A stretch of DNA of 64,000 nucleotides from Octopus sinensis (GCF_006345805.1 NC_043003.1:51832001-51896000); one strand, 5' to 3'; numbered from the stretch's first letter, positions 12,290 through 23,999 are shown. Made by a program: numbers and translations. The notes: a model not told the origin generated them from the sequence alone.

Positions 12290-13589
12290 TTATATGTTTG
12301 TGTGTGTAAAGTGTGACTAAATATTTGTGTGCGTATGCGAATATAAAGAACTTTTACTTTGATTTCTCAAGTTTTTGTTACGAGTGAAAACGTGTGTGCA
12401 CGTATGCGAGGTGGGTAAGTAACTTTGAAACTTTCTGAACTGAGAAAAGAAGAGGGCAGAGGGAACTTCTTTCACAATCTTCCTTCCTTCTAGTATACGA
12501 GCAAGCTTGAAACTGTTGCTCGTAGTAGTAAGATACTTATAGTAGTAATAGTTAATATTGTTATTTCTGTTGATGATTTTTTTTTTTTACTTATACACTG
12601 TTTGTTCGTAGTTATACACAAAAATTTCTCGGTAAAGATAATTAAGATAGTTTGATTGCTGTTTTTCTATTTTCGATCCGAACAGAAAAATAGACAGGAA
12701 GAGTGTTGACTTAAAGAGCCAACTGACAGGCTGATTGTGAGAGACAGAGACGGACGACTGCAAGTAAGACAGAAGGGTAAGATTAGAATGAGGAGGACAC
12801 GAACTGTCGTACTGTGCCTTCCTTCCTTCCTTTCGGTTGTAGTAAAGTAGCACGCCTGCTATACTGACTCCCTCATGTCAACTCCTTCCCCATTACACTT
12901 GCTCTCTGTCTGTCTATCTCTTTTACAGTACCCGCTTTCCTACCCTTCTCTTTCTCCCTTACACTAACAGCTCAACCCTTTCTGTCTCTTACACTGTTGC
13001 TTTCCTCCTCGTGCTTTCTCTTTCTCTATTTCTCTTTTTCTTAGGCTGCTTATTTAACCCTCTTTTTCTCCTACACTACCCACCTTTCTCTTCTCTCTCT
13101 CTCCTTCTCTTTTACACTGCTTTTTTAAGCCTCTTTTACTAATTCTTTATCACTCTTTTCCTCACACTGACTGCTTAAACCCTCTCTTTCTCTTTTACGA
13201 TGCCCTTTCCTTTCTATCTCTCACAGTACCTATTTTCCCCTTTCTATCTTACACTGCCTGTTTACCCCTCTCTTTTATAGTCCTTGTTCCAACTCTCATT
13301 GCCCTCTCTCTCATGTACAATTCCCTATCACACTTTCTCAGTCTTATACACACAGGACTAGATTCCCTTGGTTTCTTTATTAATTCTTTCACCGTTTCCC
13401 CATTTTTGTGAAAGTATTATTTCTTACTTTTCATTCTCTCTCTGCTTTCCCTTACGCACACACACGCGCGCAAACATATTCACACGCATATACACATCGT
13501 ATCTCTTTTCCTACATATATTTGAACCACGCTCTACCCTTTCTCCCCTTCTCTACACCCGTTTTCACAACTTTATCCTCTTATCCCTAC

Positions 13590-13765
13590 TACAACCACCA
13601 CTCAAGCGACCGACCTCCGCCTTTTGGGGCCACGCCCTCGCGTGGTGGATGATTGACAGCTAGCCATCCTATCTGCCGCTGCCATTGGCTAGCCGACACC
13701 ATCACCATTACATCGTCGCTGTTGAGCAAGCAGCTTCATTGGTATTAGTTGCCAAGGCAACAACA
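13590..13765 (-). promoter_or_regulatory. Proximal promoter: RFX X-box, two CCAAT boxes, Sp/KLF box
   Basis: GTTGCCAAGGCAAC at 13748-13761 (near-palindromic X-box), ATTGG at 13684-13688 and 13738-13742, GCCACGCCC at 13629-13637. The region is locally CpG-rich and lies about 1.5 kb upstream of the ATG exon. Confidence 0.65.
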
Positions 13766-13943
13766 TATTCGTCTTCCTCTATTCATATACTCTCTGGTGT
13801 ATAATGCGGGTATGTGTGTGTGTGTGGCTACGCGTCTATGTGAATGTGTGTGTGTGTGCATGTGTGAGATATGGACCACACAGATCGCAAGAGCTGCCAG
13901 AATTGCTCCTCAAACCTCCCTCTTTGGTTAATTCTCTCCCTTG

Positions 13944-13944
<1 letters not shown>

Positions 13945-14010
<66 letters not shown>

Positions 14011-14096
14011 CCTATCTATCTATCTATATATATATATATATATATGGTGTGTTTGTGTACATGCATGTATATGACTATTGGAATTGTGCCCTCGGC

Positions 14097-14190
<94 letters not shown>

Positions 14191-14225
14191 GTCTATCTAT
14201 CTATCTATCTACTTACCTACCTATC
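13945..14225. repeat. Compound (TCTA)n/(TA)n microsatellites
   Basis: Two long tctatcta arrays. They explain the LSIY/IYLS ORFs. Confidence 0.95.
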
Positions 14226-14519
14226 ACTGTATCCTTCTCGTATCACCTTTCATCTCTCTTTTTATTTCCTCTCTCTCTCGATATATACATAGAGAGAAGG
14301 AAGAAGAAAATAGAGATGGAAGGCGATATATATATATATATCCGTGCTTAATTTCGATCCTCCGCCTCAGCATACCTTTCTCTCTATCTCTGTCTGTCTT
14401 TCTCTGTCTTTTATACTTACTATCTCTCTCAACTCGCTCCCACCAACCTGATAACTCTGACAGTAATTGTTACATTTGAGAAGATAGCTAAAGTATTCGG
14501 GAGGTCCGCTGTAGCTATG

Positions 14520-14550
14520 CATGCACACCACACACACACACATGTGCGTG

Positions 14551-14584
<34 letters not shown>

Positions 14585-14613
14585 GTGTGTACATGTATGT
14601 ATATATATGTGTG

Positions 14614-14644
<31 letters not shown>

Positions 14645-14707
14645 TATATATATATATATATATAATATATATATATATTATATATATATATATATATATA
14701 TTATATA

Positions 14708-14738
<31 letters not shown>

Positions 14739-14830
14739 TCTTGCCTCGTGTTATTTTGTGTACTGTGTATGCTGTGCTGTAATTTGTTCGTGATGGTGTG
14801 TGAGTGTATGTATATATATATATATGTATG
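14520..14830. repeat. Compound (CA)/(TG)/(TA)n microsatellite block
   Basis: Visible directly in the sequence. Confidence 0.95.
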
Positions 14831-15059
14831 TGTGTATGCTTGTAATGTATTCGTGGGTGTGTGGTTATTATGCACGCGCGCGCGCGTGTTTTGTACGGGA
14901 TCTTCTCATCATATGGCAGTGAATGTACGTGCCTTTATCTACATGCGTATTCGAAAAATCTGAGTGCCTTCGAGTGCTTCTGAATATGTTTATATGCTTG
15001 CATTGTATACATAATCTATGTACCCACATGTAATGCCCGTATTTATAGGCGTGCGTACG

Positions 15060-15093
<34 letters not shown>

Positions 15094-15110
15094 TGTATGT
15101 ATGTATGCAT

Positions 15111-15490
15111 GCATGTGGCTGTGTGGTAAGACGCTTGCTTCCAAATCACATGGACACCTTGGGCAAGTATCTTTCTAGTATAGCCTCGAGCCGACCAAAA
15201 GCCTGGTGAGTGGTATTTGGTAGACGGAAGTTGAAAAGTAGCTCGCCGTATACTATATATAGTATGTACCTATGTATGTGTGTCTTTGAGTCAGTGTTTG
15301 TCCCCCACCGCCGTTTGACAATCGGTATTGGTGTGTTTACGTTCCCGTAACCTGGCGATTCGGCAAAACAGACAGTTAACGCTTAACCGTTAAAAAATAA
15401 GTCCTGGGGTCGATTTCTTCAACTAAAACCTTTGAAGGTGGTGCCCCAGCATGGCCGCAGTCAAATGATTGAAACATGTAAAAGATAAAA
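15111..15490 (+). mobile_element. tRNA-derived SINE family A (CORE-like, internal microsatellite), degenerate full copy
   Basis: Head 'gtggctgtgtggtaag', CORE-like 'ccttgggcaagt', 3' part 'gtcctggggtcgattt...cagcatggccgcagtcaaatgattgaaacatgtaaaaga'. Confidence 0.85.
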
Positions 15491-15499
15491 GAAAAGATA

Positions 15500-15520
15500 A
15501 AAGATGTATGTACGCTTGTA

Positions 15521-15553
<33 letters not shown>

Positions 15554-15555
15554 GT

Positions 15556-15616
<61 letters not shown>

Positions 15617-15728
15617 ATATATGTGTGTGTGTACATGTATGTATATATATGTGTGTACATGTATGTATATGTACACATATGTAGATATATGTGCATATAT
15701 ATATGTATGCATGTGTGTATAAATATAC

Positions 15729-15773
<45 letters not shown>

Positions 15774-15784
15774 ATATATAATAT

Positions 15785-15827
<43 letters not shown>

Positions 15828-16450
15828 CAAATGAAAGACAGAAGATGGAATATACGAGAATTTATTGTTAATCACGACAATTGTTTCGATACATTGGGTG
15901 GGACACTCAACGACTGGTTCAGGAGCCTCCGGTGGTGTAGATGTATCTCGTCGGGTGATAAATAAATACAACTCGTTAAAATGAATGTTTCGCAATGTAA
16001 CTTTCCGTTTTGTAGAGAGAAAAGCAGCCAGACGGAGGAAATATTTATATATTTATAATGTATGCACGTGTATATATAAATATGTGTGTGTGTATACATA
16101 TGTATGTGTATATATGTATGTGTGTATATATGTATGTGTATATATATATATATGTATGTGTGTATATATATATATGTATGTGTATATGCATATAAATCTG
16201 TATGTATATATATATAAATATATATATATAGTGTATGTATGTCTGTGTATATATATATATGTATGTATGTGTATGTATGTATGTATGTATGTATGTATGT
16301 ATGTATGTATGTATGTATGTATGTATGTATGTATATATGAGCGTCCAATAACACTATACTTGTTCCACGTCCTCGCGTTGTTGTATTTTCTCTTTGTGTT
16401 TTCATGTTTGGATTAACTTTATGTATATATATATATATATATATATATAC
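15500..16450. repeat. Long compound (TA)/(TG)/(TATG)n microsatellite field
   Basis: Visible directly; interrupted by about 200 bp of unique sequence at 15830-16040. Confidence 0.9.
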
Positions 16451-16464
16451 AAACACACATACGC

Positions 16465-16760
16465 GAAGGGGCATGACTTAGTGGTTAGGGTGTTGCACTC
16501 ACGAACACTAGATCGTGATTTCAATTCTTAGATCGGATGGTGCGTTGTGTTCTTGAGCAAAACACTTCATCTGACATTGTTTTGCAATCACTTCAATATC
16601 TGACACGTGGTACACAGTGCACCTGTTCAAACAACATTGATTTGATGGAAAGAGCGAGCTAATGTGTGGCACGAACAATTTGTATCTTAGAGACCTTGCA
16701 CTCAGAGAAAAGACAATGTGTGTAGCACTTAGCGAAATACACCTGGCCGCAGACATTGAA
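16465..16760 (+). mobile_element. tRNA-derived SINE (family C), degenerate
   Basis: A-box-like 'catgacttagtggttaggg', B-box-like 'gatttcaattc', then 'tgtgttcttgagcaaaacactt'. A related reverse copy lies at 22310-22430. Confidence 0.7.
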
Positions 16761-16849
16761 GTGTAAGTACATATATCATGTTATGTACTACACAGAACCG
16801 GCGGCAGGATACGGAAACAGCGTGGAGTAACGCTCTTCATCTGTGAAAA

Positions 16850-18200
16850 CATGCCAACAAACGTCTTCCTCTCTTACTTCCACACACTATGTGATTTACT
16901 GATAATGCGTGTTATCGATCTCAGTATAATCATAAGTATTACCTACCGTCCTCCTGACGCGGTTAACCACGGAGATCACTTCAGGGATGCTTTGTCGATC
17001 ATAAGTCTAACCCTAGGTGAGGCCAGTCAACAGGCCAATGTACTTTTAACAGAAGTCTTTATTTTTCCTAGTCTTAGCTGATCTGAAGGTTACATCCAAC
17101 CTGGAACTAAACAACTAAAGACGAGGTATATGAACGCTCTTCTCGATACCAATAAAGACTTTCTCATGCAACAAATCATTACCCGTCCTATTACGGGAAA
17201 TAACATACGCGACCTACAATGCATACTTCATTAACAATGTTCAGGTCATTTCCACAGCTATTTTCAACCATAAAACTATACAGTTATTTGTATAAGGTAC
17301 AAAGAGGGCAACACACACAAATAGCATGAAACATGACTCACACTTCATGAACTTAAATTTCAGGAAGGCCAAGTGGAAAGAAATTGAAACTGAAATCCTC
17401 GAAACAAATTGGTCTCAGCATATTGCCAGCCTCAATATTAACGAGGAAACGAAGTCTCAGTACGAAGAGCTAATCAAAATCTATCGAAAGCTTGTCCCAT
17501 ATAAACACCTATTCTCGCAAGAATTTGATTTCACGCGATAGACGGAAATTAATGCGTAAGAAAACCAAACTAACGAAACAACTAAAATTCCAAACTCTCT
17601 CAACAGATGAAATTAAGGTAGAATATAAGAAAGTAAAGAACATTGAACTCGACCTATAAACTCTCATGAAAAAGAAACTTCGGAAAGGGAACAACAAGCA
17701 GTGGAAAATATAAAACCTCTTCCTAAGTTCTTTTTCCACTTTGCTAAACAAAAATCCTCTATATATAACCGGTGAGGGCGCGTGGCTTAGTGGTTAGGGC
17801 ATTCGTCTCATGATCGTAAGGTTGTGAGTTCGATTCCCGGCGACGCGTTGTGTCCTTGAGCAAGACACTTTATTTCCCGTTGCTCCAGTCCACTCAGCTG
17901 GCAAAAATGAGTTGTACTTGTATTTCAAAGGGTCAGCCTTGTCACTCTCTGTGTCACGCTGATTATCCCCGAGAACTACGTTAAGGGTACACGTGTCTGT
18001 GGAATGCTCAGCCATTTGCACGTTAATTTCACGAGCAAGCTGTTCCGTTGATCGTATCAGCTGGGACCCTCGTCGTCGTAACCGGCGGAGTCTTTAAGTA
18101 TATATAACCAGATTGGCTCTCTAATGGACCAAAATGGATCATACACTAATGATTCATCACAGATATACACATTCTTGAGTCGACATTATAACAGTGCATT
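16850..18200 (+). mobile_element. CR1/L2-like LINE ORF2 remnant (APE endonuclease and linker), interrupted by a SINE
   Basis: Fragments ITYRPPD, MQQIITRPITGNNIRDL, NFRKAKW and KFFFHFAKQKSS|IYNQIGSLMDQNGS. The last reads through when the SINE at 17771-18098 is excised. Confidence 0.75.
17771..18098 (+). mobile_element. Well-preserved tRNA-derived SINE with 11-bp TSD
   Basis: Head ggcgcgtggcttagtggttagggc...gagttcgattccc (A and B boxes) and central 'tgtgtccttgagcaagacacttt...ccagtccactcagctgg'. TSD tatatataacc at 17760-17770 and 18099-18109. Confidence 0.9.
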
Positions 18201-18209
18201 TTTCAAAGT

Positions 18210-18262
18210 CATCTCGCGAGCCGGATGAAACTCTGTAGCGGGCCGTATGTTTGACACTCCTG
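18210..18262. mobile_element. Right end of a hAT-Charlie-like MITE
   Basis: 'gcgggccgtatgtttgacactcctg' is the reverse complement of CAGGAGTGTCAAACATACGGCCCGC, a typical Charlie-type terminus. The left end was not found. Confidence 0.5.
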
Positions 18263-18625
18263 ATTTAATTGCAGCCAATAACTCGGGCTCCTTTTAATGA
18301 GCCTGGTCGCAGTTCATTTATCTTTATTCAGCGTCTGTCATTGGTGACAGACGTTCTCTGGACATCGTTCACACGCGCCTGACTCGGGCTCAGAAGTTAC
18401 AGCCCGAGTTGTTATCTATAATCGTAAAAAATAAATGTAATTTAAATTTAATGTTTTCTTCATTTTTACATTTTATGCATAGTAATCAGAGTAACCTTCA
18501 TAATTCTATTGAATTAGATGCATATTTTGCCATAAAAGGAAAATGTTGCTATCGATCTATTTTATTCAAGGTAGGCACTGCCTACATTGCCTACCTAGGC
18601 GGCACGTCCCTGATATATACATTGA

Positions 18626-18782
18626 GCTTCTTTCAGTTTCCATCTGCCAAATCTACTTACAAGGCTTCGGTCGGTCCGAGGCTATAGTAGAAGACACTTG
18701 CCCAAGGTGTCACACAGTAAAGCTGAACTCGGAACTATGTGGTTGGGAAGCAAGCTTCTTACTACACAGCCACATCTGCGCC
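18626..18782 (-). mobile_element. SINE family A 5' half
   Basis: Reverse complement of the head and CORE-like segment. Confidence 0.85.
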
Positions 18783-19029
18783 TATATATACGTGTATATA
18801 AACATAAACAAGCTAACATTTCTTTTATAAGGGTCGAAATGTGTATTGTACGATATAAATAAGATGATATTTTTTCGAACGCTGAGTTGCTCTTAGAACA
18901 GCAGAAATACTGGATAAATTATCCTTACAAAGCGGAAAAATTCCTCAACAAACAGCCATGCGTCTCGAACCCACATCCCTCGAGGGATACATTTATATAC
19001 ATTATATACATTATTACCTGTGACGACAC

Positions 19030-20066
19030 TTTTCAAAAAGTTTTCATCCAAGTCAAAACAATCAAAGATCTGAAGTACCTTCGTGAATGGAAAGATGAAT
19101 AAGTACCAGAAAGTCTCGCTGCTCCTGATGTATTGTTTCTACTGAAATTTCTTAACTTCATCGCGGTTGTTTTGCTTCTTCTGAGCAAACATTGCAGTGG
19201 CAGATTCCGTGAGGTCATATCAACAGACATAGTTGATGAGTTGTATTGAATTGCTGAAGTGAAAATTGAAGTGTGCATTAAATGAATCAGTCAGGAGTGA
19301 GGAGTAGCAAACTGTCTACCAGTTGGCAATTTCTTGGTGTTCAACAAAGCTTTGGAATTCTTCATTTTTATTGGTGCTCTTCTTCCGGAAGAAAGTTGAC
19401 CGTATTCCTCTGTTTAGAAATCATTAGGTATATTTTTTCTCTTCTAAGGTCAGTATTATCCCGTTGAGATCATCGTAAGGACCATGAACTATCTGAGTTT
19501 TAACAATGCTGAAGAGCTCTTTCTCCTTGGAAACAGTGGAAATAATAGAATTAATTTGATTGGAGTAAATATTATTCTCTAATAAGATCAAAATGTGTCC
19601 ATGTAGCAAGCTTTCTTTCTCTGTGTAATACAGTAAGTGATACAAACATAGTCTGTAACAAACTGTAGCATAAACTATATTTGGTCGTGACTGAAATTTG
19701 AACTCGTATCCACAAAAATTTACTTCTCCAAAAATATTAAGGATGAATTGTAATTTTATGTAAGTATTGTTGCTGTAATTTCCATTGGTTTCAGAAAGTT
19801 CCTTGGAGTGACGGATAAAAATTTAAGCTTCGTAGTAATGCTCCTGGAAATTATCTTCGCAGAACTGGTGAGAGATTCGTGGATTTTTGTGGATACGAGT
19901 TCAAATTTCAGTCACGACCACATATAGTTTATGCTACAATTTGTTACAGACTATGTTTGTATCACTTACTGTATTACACAGAGAAAGAAAGTTTGCTACA
20001 TGGACACAATTTGATCTTATTAGAGAATAAGATTTATTCCAATCAAATTAGTTCTATTATTTCAAC
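19030..20066 (-). mobile_element. Probable Penelope-like retroelement remnant with 184-bp inverted repeat
   Basis: The inverted arms 19536-19719 and 19883-20066 are certain. The degenerate translation (RKLATWTHFD...RALQHC...FLNRG) only weakly resembles the PLE RT C-terminus. Confidence 0.4.
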
Positions 20067-20189
20067 AACTGTGAAGCTGAAATCATTTTATGAAGATTGA
20101 ATCATGGTACAAGGCACATGGTATGAAGATGGACTCATGGTATGAGGCACATGGTATGAAGCACATTGAATCATTTGCTCAGAAGTTGT

Positions 20190-20900
20190 TGGCAGCAGAT
20201 AGCTCTTCTGATGAGTAGAACGTGATTCTTCCAAAAAAGTGCCACATTTCTTTTCGCACGCCTCTAGTGTCTGCAGTTGCAGCCAAAGAACTAAAATGTA
20301 TTGAAGATATTAGAGAACAATCACTTAGGCTGAGCGTGTTATTCGAAACGGTTCGGTAGGTGGCCATTTAATCCGACCTCTGAGAAGATATCAGCAACCC
20401 GCTGAAAAACAAGACTAACGTCGTTGCACTTAGAACAATAACTAAGCACTAAGGTCAACTCAATCGAAAACCGTGAATTGATCCACCAAAATCAGGTTTA
20501 TCATCCACTTTCTCAATGATGTATCGCATGACGAAGAACTTGTAAATAGATCTACTGAGAATGGCACAGTTCTTTGTGCTCTCGGTCACATTAACAATGA
20601 TAAGCATCAACCTTTTCGTGAGTATCTTCACCAAAGTCTTAAATTCTACATTCCGCAGGATTATGGACCTAAACCAATCAATATTGTCCCTATGTTCGTT
20701 TCCTTTACCACTAGTATCACCACTTTCCGACTAACACAGCTGGGAATGTTCCCAGTTTGTTGCCAGTTGCGATAGACATTTTGTTCATAGGGTAGATAAT
20801 CTAAACTAGACGATTCGCTTTTTGCAAAGCAATCAAACTTATCTCAACTGCCGTTATTGGCAATATGACTGCATTTCTGTCGAGGTCTATGGTTGATGTA
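20190..20900 (-). mobile_element. L1/Tx1-like LINE reverse transcriptase remnant
   Basis: Minus-strand translation RDNIDWFRSIILRNVEFKTLVKILTKRL...CAILSRSI...MRYIIEKV matches the L1/Tx1 RT domain 1-2 pattern (FRPITLLN.EFKILAK.LA.RL). Confidence 0.75.
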
Positions 20901-21439
20901 GGCATTAGAATCCGTTATCTAACGACTCAGCCATACCTCATTACGTGAGGTATGTATGTGTGTGTGGTGGTGGTGGGGGGCGTGTACGTGTGTGCGTGTG
21001 TATTCCTAATTCCTTTCATGTGTGGCTGATTTCATTGTCAGTATCTATCGACATGGTGACCCATTCTTCTTTGGAAGTGCCTCCGGTGCATTTGGCAACT
21101 CCAAACTCAATACTGGTGTCACACCCATTAAGCTTTAGTCTAGAAAAGATTTTCATACTACAACTCGGATTCTGCTTATAACTTGTAACTATAACTTGTA
21201 ACTAGACCTTTTGAGCGGGATGAACTACTCAACTTGAAGAAAATTCTAACTGGGCCCCACCTGCAAGGTCATGCACTGTTTATCTTGATATAAGGTTACC
21301 ATATCGTGCACATAAAGTTGTGATGCATGTGTCTGGTGTACCCTTATCAGGCAAGTAGACATGATGGGTATATTGGGCTTCGTATATCTGTACCCCAGTG
21401 TCATTGCTCTCTCACTCAACAACACCAACAACAATAATA

Positions 21440-21912
21440 ATAACAATAACAAAAAAGGTATGTTTATTAATTGGCATGAGTATTCCTTGCGATCCCAATA
21501 TAGCGGCGAAAGAATTTGACAAGATCAGTAAATATAAAGACTTACTAATAGAAATTGAAAAAAATGTGGCATCTCAAGCGACTACAGTACCAGTGATTGT
21601 AATATCTCTAGGAATGATAAAAAAAAAGGTACTGAAACCTATTTGAAAATGATACCAGGCTTACAATCCCTACAGGAAGTGCAAAAAATTGTGTTATCTG
21701 GAACGACTCATGTACCGAGAAGAGCATTATCGCTGTGAAAACAACATGCATTCATGAATTTATTTATATATTAATTTTTTAAATACATGTTTTACCTGTG
21801 AATTTGCGTGTGTAATCTGGGTATGCATACAATGAGCTCTGCTCTAGGTGTACGGAAAACACTCGGCGAAAAATGGAAGAAAATTTGAAGAAAGAAGGGG
21901 GACAAAAATAAT
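21440..21912 (+). mobile_element. R4/Dong-type non-LTR retrotransposon 3' end (REL endonuclease)
   Basis: CLLIGMSIPCDPNIAAKEFDKISKYKDLLIEIEK...TVPVIVISLGMIKK...LQEVQKIVLSGTTHVPRRAL is a REL domain. Both sides are flanked by (AAC/AAT)n runs. Confidence 0.8.
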
Positions 21913-22017
21913 AATGACTGCAAGAACCCATACTAACAATGCAAAGCTGTCTAAGAAACGGAAAAGGTTACAATATAAGTCGATCAATATATGTCGATAT
22001 ATATATATATATATATA

Positions 22018-22118
22018 CTAGGCTTACAAACAATGAGTCCTCGGCTCGATTTGCTCGACTAAAGGCGGTGCTCCAGCATGGCCATAGTTAAATGACTGAA
22101 ACAAGTAAAAGAATAAAA
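22018..22118 (+). mobile_element. SINE family A 3' fragment
   Basis: 'gatttgctcgactaaaggcggtgctccagcatggcc...gactgaaacaagtaaaaga'. Confidence 0.8.
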
Positions 22119-22122
22119 AAGA

Positions 22123-22155
<33 letters not shown>

Positions 22156-22158
<3 letters not shown>

Positions 22159-22260
22159 TGATATCGCCTGGGCTATCAGATGTTGTCACACATCACTGGT
22201 CACAATGCGCTTCGCATTGTTTTAGCCTTCGAAAGATGCCACCCTGCTGGTTTGGCAGGC
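22156..22260. repeat. Short interspersed repeat next to (TA)n; second copy at 44941-45060
   Basis: Both loci share 'atcagatgt..t.acacatc.ctggtcacaatgcg..t.gcattgttttagccttcgaa'. Confidence 0.75.
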
Positions 22261-22309
22261 ACACCAGTACACCTCCTGAACGGGGTGCCAGTCCGTCGTA
22301 GGGTTACCT

Positions 22310-22430
22310 ATTTATTGCTGAATGAAATGAAGTGTCTTACTCAGGAACAAAACGCGCAGCCGGTCTGGGAATCGAAACCATGATCACGGAATAGTGCGAA
22401 TAATACCCTAACCACTGGACCACGGGCCTT
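22310..22430 (-). mobile_element. SINE family C head (reverse)
   Basis: 'aagtgtcttactcaggaacaaaacgc...gggaatcgaaacc...ccctaaccactggaccacg' is the reverse complement of a tRNA-like head. Confidence 0.65.
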
Positions 22431-22469
22431 TTCATGCACGCGCGCGCACGAACACACACAATGTATTGC

Positions 22470-23040
22470 ACATGTATCCCCTATGTTACGAAAGCATTAT
22501 ATTTCTAAAATCTTATTGCAACGTGAAATTTCGTAACAAGAAATATGTTTACCAGTGTCACGGTAGTTTGGTGAACTTGGTAATGGCCTTCTTCAGGTAG
22601 AAAAAGCACGCAGACTCACGGACACAGTCCAGTCATATGGTTTTCCGAACTCCAATCATAGCTGAGGGTTTCACTTTACTCTGTGACTCGGTTATTGTTA
22701 TCTGCAGCCTCAATAACGTTGAACTTTTTTTCCAAAAGTTTCACTCTGTAGGTTTATTTCTCTCCCCAGCAATTGTTTTTATAAGTTGTTTCAAAGTTTC
22801 CAGATAATATGCTTTGACATTAGCTTTAACACCTTGACTCATTGGCTGGATCAAATAAGTTGTGTCTTTAAGGATATATATTCCAGGCCCACTTTAATGG
22901 AAAGATGATATTAAAAAGATGTCTTAGTGCAGGGTCTAAAAGAGGCAAGAGGCAACATTTTGTTGGGAACATTAATTCTGGCACTGTACTTTCTACAGCA
23001 GGTCAAAAAGTTTGTAAACAAGTCTTGGAAAAGGCTCGTA
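22470..23040 (-). mobile_element. Tigger/pogo (DDE_1) transposase remnant
   Basis: Minus-strand translation KDTTYLIQPMSQGVKANVKAYYLETLKQLI...NFWK matches the pogo motif NTTSLIQPMDQGVI..FKAYY. Confidence 0.75.
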
Positions 23041-23074
23041 GTTATTCAAGCCTTATTTGAATACCTAAACATAT

Positions 23075-23619
23075 ATAAAGCGGGTGTCTCCCCAAAATTG
23101 ACATCATTTGAAATGTGAATATCTGAGTAACTACATGTCCTAGGCAAACAAAATTAAATAAGCTTCGTGTTGAACAATAAAATATTTATTCATCAAAATT
23201 CGAACAAGAGATTCAGAGGGATGTAGATTTTATAACCGGTTCCCCAATGCTTCACAAATGTTCAATATGCACACCGCCCGTGACATGACACACGTCAAGT
23301 CCTGCCAAACACGCTGTAGCTTGTCTTGCGTAACATTCTCCAGCACCTCAGTGATTTTCTGCTTGAGTTCCTCTAGGCTTGTAGAAAGAAGGGGAATATA
23401 GATCAATCCTTTCACATAGCCCCATAGAAAAAATCACAAGATGTCAAGTCACGTGAACGTGGTGGCCATTTCAACAGTACATTGTCATTATCATTGGTAT
23501 GTCTGATCCAAATTTAATTATTTTATACACATTTTGTTAAAAGTTGAGTTCATTTGAGTGAGAATTGACTGTCATTTGACTCCGAAATGATGTCAATTTT
23601 TAGGGGACATCTTGTTTAT
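23075..23619 (-). mobile_element. Internally deleted Tc1-like element
   Basis: TIRs 'gggtgtctccccaaaattgacatcattt' and 'aaatgatgtcaatttttaggggacatcttg'. Internal translation WPPRSRDLTSCDFFLWGYVKGLIY...LEELKQKI...LQRVW. Confidence 0.8.
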
Positions 23620-23999
23620 TAAACTTAGCATAGCCCTTCTAAGCTCTTGGATTTTTAGAGTGATAAACAAACAAAGGCTTTAATTTCACATCACGAAAGC
23701 ATATTCTATTACAAGAAGCACCAAAGAATTTTTAGAAGCCTTGAAGTTTAGAACTGATTTTTCTTCTCTGAGAGGACCTAGCAGGGATGTAGATCCAAAA
23801 CAAAACTTGTATCATCAATACTATACACTTGCCCTGGTCTGTAGCCTTCCTCGGGAGTATTGGCCCTACTGGCGAGAAGTCCATCATCCATTTTCTGCAA
23901 ATCGTCACTGATACAGCGTTAGATTTCGCTTGAACGGCCATATTTTATTTTTATTCATTTATTTATTTATTTATTTTGAAGCGTTACTTCCTGTCTGAT

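Noticed and set aside
13804-16474. Many 60-200 aa ORFs rich in YI/IY, CV, HT, LSIY
   Set aside because: They are translations of (TA)n, (TG)n, (TCTA)n and (TACA)n microsatellites. The same applies to similar ORFs across the window.
17771-17850. tRNA gene
   Set aside because: The tRNA-like sequence is the head of a TSD-flanked SINE; there is no proper acceptor stem or Pol III terminator.
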